The notes beneath the pieces are model-generated. The model was given only the letters and a program-made list of their open reading frames with translations. It searched no databases and was not told where the DNA came from. A stretch of 64,000 nucleotides of DNA from Macrostomum lignano (taxonomy: Eukaryota): the NCBI GenBank assembly GCA_002269645.1, contig NIVC01001325.1, forward strand, positions 62,001-126,000, in the 5' to 3' direction. Each line of letters starts with the position of its first letter. Position 1 is the first letter of the stretch. Below are positions 55,484-64,000 of this stretch, piece after piece. The position numbers and the translations under genes are program-made.

Positions 55484-57403
55484 CTAGGCCCGAACCATGC
55501 AGCTCTCGGCCTGAAAGCTCATCTGGATTGAGCAGTGCGGAAACGAATGCCGCATCTGGTGCACCTTGTCCTTGTTGATGCCCGCGCAGAAACTGACGTC
55601 GAACAGCTCCAGCTTCGGGCAGGACTGCAGCACCTCGATCAGGATGTTGAATGTCACCTGGTTGGTGCCGAGAATGTCCAGCTGCTGCAGCTGCTTGCAG
55701 TGCAGGGCTATGGCCTTCAGGTCCGTGTCGCATACCGTTCTGCGGGGAGTAGGGCGGGTAGGGTGAGGCTTGGGGAGATAATAGGGGCGGATGGCTGAGA
55801 TCTGGGGAGAGAATAAGGGCGGGTAGGATGAGATCTGGGGAGAGAATAAGGGCGGGTAGGGTGAGATCTGGGGAGAGAATAAGGGCGGGTAGGGTGAGGC
55901 TTGGGGAGATAATAGGGGCGGATGGCTGAGATCTGGGGAGAGAATCAGGGCGGGTAGGGTGAGATCTGGGGAGAGAATAAGGGCGGGTAGGGTGAGGCTT
56001 GGGGAGATAATAGGGGCGGATGGCTGAGATCTGGGGAGAGAATCAGGGCGGGTAGGGTGAGATCTGGGGAGAGAATAAGGACGAGTAGGGTGAGATTTGG
56101 GGAGAGAATAAGGGCGGGTAGGGTGAGATCTGGGGAGAGAATCAGGGCGGGTAGGGTGAGATCTGGGGAGAGAATAAGGGCGGGTAGGGTGAGATCTGGG
56201 GAGAGAATAAGGACGAGTAGGGTGAGATCTGTGAAGAGTAGGGTATATACTCGTAAAAACATAAAGGAGAAACTAACAGAGACGCAGTTCAGCAAGACTG
56301 ACCTATTAGCGGTGAGAAAAAGCTTGCGCAGATTGCAGCACTGGCTGGCGAGGCGCAGGAAGCAGCCGGAGCTGGACTCCACCCGGGAGCACCAGCCCAG
56401 GTCGAGCTCCTCCAGCATAGCGCAGCCCTCGGCCAGCTGCAGGAGTCCGCGGCTGCTTAAACTGCCGCTGCGCCAGAAGTCCACGGATCGCAGATTCGGA
56501 CAATGGCGGGCCAGCGCCTCGGCCACCGGATTGAAGTCGGCTACGCGAGCGCAGGAGCTCAGGCGGAGACGCAGTAGGCCAGGATTAGCGGCGATAATAT
56601 CGAGCAGGGCGGCCTGGCCAACACCGGAGCGGCTCAGGTCGAGTCGTTCAAGGCGAGTGAGGCCGACAGACAGAGAGGCGAAGCCGGACTCGGTGGCTGG
56701 CGAGGCGCAGCCCGAGAGATCCAAATCTGGGTGGGGGATAAACGGAGTGATTGCAGAAACTAATAAGATGGCGAGGCATCGCACTATTTAAATACATAAA
56801 TAGTTACTCGCGCCGAAATCCACTTTTAAATATTGATTTTCTAGGGTTATAGCAGCGAATATTTCGGTTTAAAACCCAACCAATTTGGCCACAAGCCTAC
56901 TCACTTTCCTTCTTATCTACTTAAAGCAGAACGTATTAAAAAAACAGCTTAACAAAAAGCTTACCAGTCAGAGAGCGACAGTGCGACCCGATAGCGGCTA
57001 GGCAGGCGTCGTCAAGAAATTTACAATTGGCCAAACGCAAATCGGTGAGCAAACAGGTGCCTAGCAACAGGCGGCAGAAGGAGCCGGGGCTGATGGCGCC
57101 GTCAGTGCCGCACCAGGACATGTCAAGTCCAGTCAGGCAGCCGGTGCGATGCTCCAGCACAGACAGGCTGGCGTCGCACACCCGGATGGAGTGTGGGCGA
57201 AGCCGGAGCTCCGTGTACAGCAGCGGGTCGCGGCAGTGGCGCTGGAGCAGCCGGCAGGTGTTGCCAAGGCGCAGCAGGGAGAGCAGGTCCAGGCGGCCCA
57301 GGATTCGAAGCAGCAGCTCGGGCGGGCAGGCGCCGAACCAGCCTGCGGATTCGTGCTCGGCGGCCGCTTCTGCGGCAGCGGCGGTATCCACACAATCTGT
57401 CAT
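55484..57403 (-). CDS. FBXL4: F-box/LRR-repeat protein 4-like, 3 exons, 372 aa from the first in-frame ATG (5' end uncertain)
   Basis: Exons 57403-56965, 56726-56303 and 55739-55484 total 1119 nt and are phase-consistent. F-box GWFGACPPELLLRIL...CRDPLLY; LRRs LEELDLGWC...SSSGCF.RLA...NLRKLFLTANRTVCDTD, LQQLDILGT and LFDVSFC match FBXL4. Confidence 0.9.
55745..56232. repeat. 33-bp minisatellite (GGGTGAGATCTGGGGAGAGAATAAGGGCGGGTA) filling the last FBXL4 intron
   Basis: Direct reading; ~14-15 units, some of 32 bp. Confidence 0.96.
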
Positions 57404-58313
57404 TGTTGTTAATTGCTGCTTCCGAAAGCAGATAATGATAATAGAGCAGAATTCGTCGGATTAATATTCGATGTTGATTAATACTCTTCTGTTCGAGTTG
57501 CTGTTCCGCGAACTTTGGCTTGCTGCCAAAATATTGGCGGTCTGTCGAAAATTCGACAGCTGCTAGGTTAACAGGCAGTATGCATGTTGCTGCTTCTAGT
57601 TGCTTTTGCTGCTGCGGCTGCTTTTGAGGCTGCTGCTGCGGCAATAGCTGCTGTTGCTGGCGCTTGCTGTTATTGAGATGATGGCACTGCGCCTCTTGGC
57701 CAGCTTCTGCCTCGGCTTGGGACCAGTGCTGGGTGCTGCACAGCTGGTCTTGGCTACTGAGTTGGCGGGGCTGCAGGTGCAATAAAAAAAACAGTAAAAT
57801 AATTTAATATATGAGCCTTACATGTGTATATTAATATATGGTATACATTTATGCTTTGATTGAAATTTAAATATAATAAAGCCTTTATATTGCAAATCAA
57901 CTTCTAATAACAATAAACTTCTAGTTGTTTAGCAGCTCAGCTATTTATAGAAGAAATAAAAACTAAATTTATGGATTTTTTATAATAGATAATTTTTTTA
58001 AAATTTATGTACTTTGTGCTTTAAAAAACTGGCAATTCTTTAATACCTACCAATAAATTCAAATATATATTTTAACTAAAAAGAATTTTTAAGTAAATTT
58101 ATTGTTATTAAGTAAATTTTTTGTTAATACAACAAAAAATGGTTTATTGATAGGTATGAAATCAATTTCATCATTTATTATAGCCTATAGTGGTCCCATA
58201 ATATAAGACTAAAAAAGTAAAATAGAGAAAAAATCAGCATAGTTCTTGTTTGCTACAATAAATTATTTTAATAATTTTTCTTCACTTTTAGCCTAACTGG
58301 TGAATTTTGACAG

Positions 58314-58426
58314 GTGGCTGGCTGCCTGCACTATGTGGACCCTAACAATAATACTGAGAGCACTAATACCATTGAAGGATTTTCAGCACATGTGAAGGAC
58401 AAATTCCAGAGGATGTATGACCCATA
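58314..58426 (+). pseudogene. Remnant of a Merlin/IS1595-like transposase C-terminus
   Basis: HYVDPNNNTESTNTIEGFSAHVKDKFQRMY resembles the IS1595/Merlin motif (F/Y)VDP...TNTIEGFW...K; preceded by an acceptor (ttttgacag) and cut off by a CATAGTCAGGAAG terminus at 58427. Confidence 0.45.
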
Positions 58427-60147
58427 CATAGTCAGGAAGATGGCCTTTTTCATGGAAAATTCTGGCACAAAAGGGAGCTGGATGTGCACCACACCAGCAC
58501 ATTCCATTGCAACAGTAGGAAAGGGTGAAAAATCTGGCATAGTATGGCGCAAGACAAAAAATGGCACAATCTGGTGCAAAACAAAACATTTGCCAAGACA
58601 ATATTTTCTATGACAGAAAATTAGCATGCTATTCTTTTTACTAGCACTTTTTTGCCAGTGTATTGATGTTTTCTTAATTAATATACATTAACATTATAAG
58701 CTTTACCTATATTTTTTAAATAGAAAATTACTGATTTTTGCATTTTTCAAAAAGTAGCAATATATTGTATGAGCAAACTTTTTTGTTAGAAGTAGTTCTT
58801 GTGCATGGCACAAGCAAATTTTTTGATAGGATTTGTTCCAGCGCACAGGTCAATCAAACTTTTTTTATCAGATTTGTTCCAGCATATACATGCCATGATC
58901 TTGATTATGGTGTGTGAAACAATAATGCATTGTTTGAAACTTATCTGAATAAGTATCTTTAATACTATCTTTTCCTAGAGAAATCATTTGGCAAATTTAT
59001 ATACTGGGTTGCCTACTATGAGTATTATTGATTTTTGACTAGGCCTACATTAAATTTTATTAGTTTTTTTCTTTATTTTTAATATTTAGTTTTTTAATAT
59101 TTTAATACAACAAATTAAAATTATACCAAAAAATCATTAGACATTAGGAATAGTTTGGATTGTGTATTATTGTATGCTAAGTCTGATAGGGGAAGTATAG
59201 GACCACATTTGTATGCCAGGACTTAAAAAGCTTTAAACTAATATATGCCAAAGTTGTAGGGCATACAGTTTTTTTCATTCTTGAATTTATTTTTCATGCA
59301 GATTGCAAAGTAACAAACTAAAAAAGTATACACTTATGCAACATGCATTGAGAAAAGATAATTATAAAAGAAGTACTTTAAATATTATTATTTGCTAAAA
59401 ATTGAGAAAAAAATTAGTTTTTTTAGAGTACAAAGTTTAAATTTTTTTCTTGTTTCATGAATATATGTTGATAGTGTTGTATGTAGCATATTTTATATAA
59501 GGTCACTTTATTTGATCCATTTGATCCACATATATGCAAATATGCCATAGATCTAAGCCAAAAAATTTTTACTGTCATGTATGCTGGGATATATGCTTAT
59601 GTATGCTAAAAATAGCAAGTGCCCTTGTTGTATACTACGAAATCCTAGCATATATGTCTATATGCTTAACTATGAGACCATGCAGCATGCAGAAAAAATT
59701 AAATGCATGCCAATTCTCAAAACTATGCAAGTGTTGCAACAATAAATGACCTTTTCTGAATTGCATAATAGACCCTTCTTGGCAAATTATTTAGTTAATT
59801 TTTTCTACTTTTTCAATGATATTTTTATATTTGAAAATCAATACATGCAAATATTGTTTAAATGTTTAATTACAAGCTTAAAAAACGGGAAAGCTTGAAA
59901 TTTATGCTTAAAAATGAACTTTTTTTATCACTTTTCTACTTCACAATAACTTTTCTATGTGATTCTATGAAGTACATGCTAGGTATGCACACTTACTATA
60001 TTCTTAGGAGTGATACACACCATTTGTATATGTCTACTTTTGGTGTGCAAGGCCAATGCACATCCAAATTTTTGGGCATATACTATATGATCTGGAGTGT
60101 GGCATACATCATACATGTCACCTCCTAACTATGGCCTATGGCCTATC

Positions 60148-62157
60148 TATAGTCAGGAAGGTGGCCTCTGAGGTAGGGGGCGACCCAGTCCCGGGCCCGA
60201 AAAGTCGGGAATCCCGACCAAAATCGTGGCCCAACCTGGGCCCGGGCCCAACCCTAAAAAAGTCGGGAAATCGGGACAAGTCTTTTTTCCTTAAAGGCAC
60301 TAACCGCGTGCGAATAAGAATAAAATTATTTTTCAACACATTCACACTAATTTACCTTTAATTCCAGCCCCAGGAAAATGCAACTGCAACTGCAACTGTC
60401 TGCGACTGTGAGCGTCAGCCACAGCCAGTTTCCACTTTCCAGGAAGATCGGATTTTTTCCAGGAAGATAAAATTAAAACATAGTTTTGCAAAACTTTTTT
60501 GCAATATTGATTCCACTTTACACGCTGCAGGCTGCAGCCTAAAAGCAAAAATATGATTCTTTAAAAAGTTGATTTGTCATTTTTAAGCTTTTGTAAATAA
60601 CATTTCCTATTTACATTCCAAGAAGTACCTATTAAGGGCCAAGGCAACCATTTTTCCAAGAAGTTTGCTATCTATCAGAGTTTGTAATTGTGTTCATATT
60701 TGTATCGTATTCGTAGGTAGTCGTAGTCGTAGACTCATAGTATCGTATTCGTAATCATATTCGTTTAGGTTGGTAGGTGAGCAGGTAGGCAGGTATCAGC
60801 TAATTACTTGTATTTCCATTGTCTGTTTGCCTGTTCTGTTGAGACAGTTGAGTGTTGTGTTGTGTTGTCACTTCACTTGTGTTCTGTTCTGTTGTCTTGT
60901 CTTGTTGTCTTACTGAATACTGACTGTGTACATGGCTCTTTACATTGAAGCTATGTAAAGGAACTAAAAATTCAAATAAAAGAATCAATCAATTGATTTG
61001 GTTCTTACTTCCTTACTGCTTCCAATGCCAAGTGCCTTACACTTAATGCTTCAGCTTTTTTTCTTTTTGCTTACTGCCACTGCCAGTGCCAGCCGCACTG
61101 CCGCAGTGCCTGCTTGCCTACCTCACTGCCTGTTAATGTCACTGTCACTGGCACACACACAGTACTTGTGCCACATAGTGACACTGAATTTAAACTATTG
61201 TATATATTGATATTTGAGTATTAAGTCTTTTAATGTAACTCTTATCTATTCTGAAGTCTTAACTAATGTATTAAATAATAATAATATTTATTATATATTT
61301 AATATATACTTAATATAATATATTATATTTATTATATTTATATATTATTATATATTTAATATATTTATAAATTATAATATATTTAATGTTTATCATATAT
61401 TTATTATACATTTAATATATTATATTAGATTTAATATATTCATATATTTATTATATATTTAAAAGTAATCCACATATGCTAAAAGTATTAAGATTTATTA
61501 TGATTTTTTTCCAATTATTGAGCTGTCCTAAAGATCTTGTCCCGAATTCCCAAGGCCCGACCCGGGCCCAAGTCCTCATTCCCAGGCCCGACCCGTGCCC
61601 AACTTTGGCCATCCCGGTCGCCCCCTACTCTGAGGGGGAAATTTCCCACGTACACAAAGGGTCTCAGTGCACATTGGCGCATAAGTGCAACACACACAAA
61701 GGGTCCTTGGCGCACTTGGTGCACAATCATGGCACATACTGAAGTCCCTAGCGCATGCAGCGCATAATTGCGGCGCATAAGGTCCCTGACATGCCTGAAA
61801 ATTTTAATGCAAATTAACAATTTCACATAAAATAAAAAACTAGACTAAATAAATTTATATAGTCTAGAAAGTCAGTGATAAACTTTTTGCTTCTTTAAAA
61901 TTAACAATAAATAAAATTAGTATGAATTATTGCTAAAAATGTCAATTTGGCATTACTCTATTTGTAGGTATAATTTAAGTTTGTTTAAAATGAAAATATG
62001 CGTAACATTTTAAAAAGGCTTTTCGTATGAAGGCCTTTCTTAGAAAACTCTACTCATGAAGAGTGGCGCACAGACAGTGCACAAATGGCACATAGACGGC
62101 ACACAAATCGTCCCAAAAAATTATTCCGGCGCACACTGTGCCACCTTCCTGACTATG
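60148..62157. mobile_element. Outer TIR element with (C/T)ATAGTCAGGAAGGTGGC termini (P-like), host of the hAT insertion
   Basis: ATAGTCAGGAAGGTGGC at 60149 and its reverse complement GCCACCTTCCTGACTAT ending at 62156; flanking duplication only approximate (atggccta / gtggccta). Confidence 0.55.
60174..61627. mobile_element. Non-autonomous hAT transposon, 1454 bp
   Basis: TAGGGGGCGACC ... GGTCGCCCCCTA termini, GGGCCC-rich subterminal repeats at both ends, exact 8-bp TSD CTCTGAGG at 60166-60173 and 61628-61635; no transposase ORF. Confidence 0.85.
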
Positions 62158-63289
62158 GTGGCCTATGGGACATTAGTAGTAAATAGGCCTATATAAAAAG
62201 CAAAAAATATAAAGATTATGTGATAGGCAGTAATAATAATATACAAATATTTTAATTTAGTTTACCTTAACAGATCCCAGTCCCTCAGGCTTATAGGGCC
62301 TAGGAAAAATACACTACAAAATAAAAAAAATCTTGGAAAATGCCAAATGGTTTTAACTTTTTTATTCTTAACTTAGACTGATTTTTATGAACTAAACATT
62401 TTTAAAACCTCTCAACAAGATCTATATGATTAAATACAAATATTCTAAAGGGCCTATTTTTTAAATAAAAAATCTCACTGAAGGCCCTAACATTAGTAAC
62501 ATTAGAGTTCTATAATATAGTAGGTAAAGCCTAGGCCTTTGCTTATTAGGCCTATTGAAATTCGTTCCTTACAAATATTACAAATTGATAGAACATGATC
62601 TAAGGTTTTAGATTATACACAGGAATACTTACTCGTACAAAATGAGGGCCGAGAGACGCGTGACTCGAGTCACCGAAGAAATTATTTACTTCGTAGATTT
62701 GGCTCCCCGCTTCAACTTGATGCTTGTTGAATAGTATTTCTTGGTTAGTGACTGGCACAGGGCGAAATGGAATTGCAAAAACAGCAAAAATTTTCTGCTT
62801 CTTAGCAAGTTGCTTGCCCATGAATGAAAGCCATGATTAAAATGTTTTAAATGGGGATTTAACCCGATTAAAAACTTAAATTTTGAAGGGATATATACTA
62901 GAGTCGATTAACAATGAAGAAAAGAAAATTTGAATTTATGTTTCGTTGCATCACACATTCAATACAAGCAGTAATTTATAACAAAAAAATTTCTTTTTAG
63001 TAAGATCTATGGCTAAGAAGCGGATTTCTACTAGTTGAACTTAAAATTATTAGCTGGATATTATTTATATTAAGCATTATAACTTGAAATGACACATGGT
63101 TAGAGGAGCATCTAATATTCGAGTAACTGTAAAATCCTACAATTAGAAGGTTACGGTCTTAAATTATCTATTTGTCTTCACATATTGAGGAAATTTTACA
63201 ACGACGACGCTTTTAGATTTAGAAACATGCAATTCGATTCTAAGTGCATTCGGCTGTATGTGCCATAAACAGTATATATGTTTTCGTTT

Positions 63290-63700
63290 AGAAGATTAGA
63301 TTATTGTAGTTCGTCTGGAAAATTAGAATTCAATCATGTACTTAAAAATAAAAAAGGAATGGCACAGCTCAATTCTTTATGGTTTCATTTCATGAATCTA
63401 TTTTATCATCTCTGTTACACATAACACAGCCAGCTAAGAATGATAAAATAGACCCATCAAACCAATGATCGAGCCGATCGCCGTGCCACTTAATGGGTGA
63501 TTTTTGGCAGAGCCCGCAGAGAACAGGAAATAATATGTATAACAGGATAAGAAAGTCAAAATATATCGAAAGATGAACATTGGGTCTGCCTTCATCGAAA
63601 GCAATAACATTTTTTGTGCTCAAGATATGAAAACTTTCTATCTCCGAAAGTGTACCAAAAATTGGCCTGGGACGTTCTTCTCATGCTATTTAAATGTACA
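63290..63700. mobile_element. Diverged internal fragment related to the 17544-18253 foldback MITE
   Basis: Segments such as aagatgaacattgggtctgcc and agcaataaca, and on the minus strand gataaaatagatt...gagctgtgcca, recur in the 17.9-18.2 kb element; termini not seen. Confidence 0.5.
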
Positions 63701-64000
63701 CGCGCTGGCCGAGAAAACATACGCAAAATGACTTGATTACATGTACATGTACATTACAAATAAACTATTAGATACAACTTCTAATGAATGAGGTCAGAGA
63801 AAGTCGCGTGTGTAAATTAATTACTTGACTAGCTGGATCAGTCCCAAAATCTGAGAGTTATATAATTGAAAATTAAAACTTCAATCATTCATAATTATGG
63901 TGTACTCAAGTCTAGACAAAATACTTTTCAAAATTAGGGTCAAAACATGCATGGAAAAATCGAAATTTTCAGTTAGGCAAGAAATCAAGTCGGGGGCGGA

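Noticed and set aside
63390-63623. 77-aa minus-strand ORF
   Set aside because: It overlaps a diverged copy of the non-coding foldback MITE interior.

Overview
This is repeat-rich eukaryotic (invertebrate animal) genomic DNA, not prokaryotic. The GC3-rich exons, extreme minisatellite load and TTAGGG-like motifs resemble the flatworm Macrostomum, but that assignment is inference. I reconstructed five spliced genes by hand with phase-consistent splice sites: (1) the last three exons of a stomatin/SPFH gene (+, 3172-8251); (2) a complete Na+/Ca2+ exchanger NCX/SLC8 (-, 25557-12007; 8 core exons, 888 aa), with one GC-AG intron and two candidate symmetric cassette exons in the CBD2 alternative-splicing region; (3) V-ATPase subunit c'' ATP6V0B (+, 209 aa); (4) BBS1 (+, 607 aa); (5) an FBXL4-like F-box/LRR gene (-, 372 aa from the first in-frame ATG) with no recognisable N-terminal domain. 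The rest is microsatellites, about a dozen unrelated minisatellites, two tRNA-derived SINE copies, a LINE 3' fragment and several non-autonomous TIR transposons with exact 8-bp target-site duplications, some nested. Most long ORFs in the supplied track are translated repeats. Three patterns deserve a second look. First, almost every intron of the compact genes carries its own private minisatellite, and several repeat units look like splice signals on the sense strand (branch point + pyrimidine tract + CAG, or copies of the donor). Second, two sharply bounded ~5 kb AT-rich, CpG-depleted domains lie mirror-symmetrically at the 5' ends of the ATP6V0B/BBS1/FBXL4 cluster. Third, a CAAGGAC-terminus transposon family includes a 49-bp terminus-only member.
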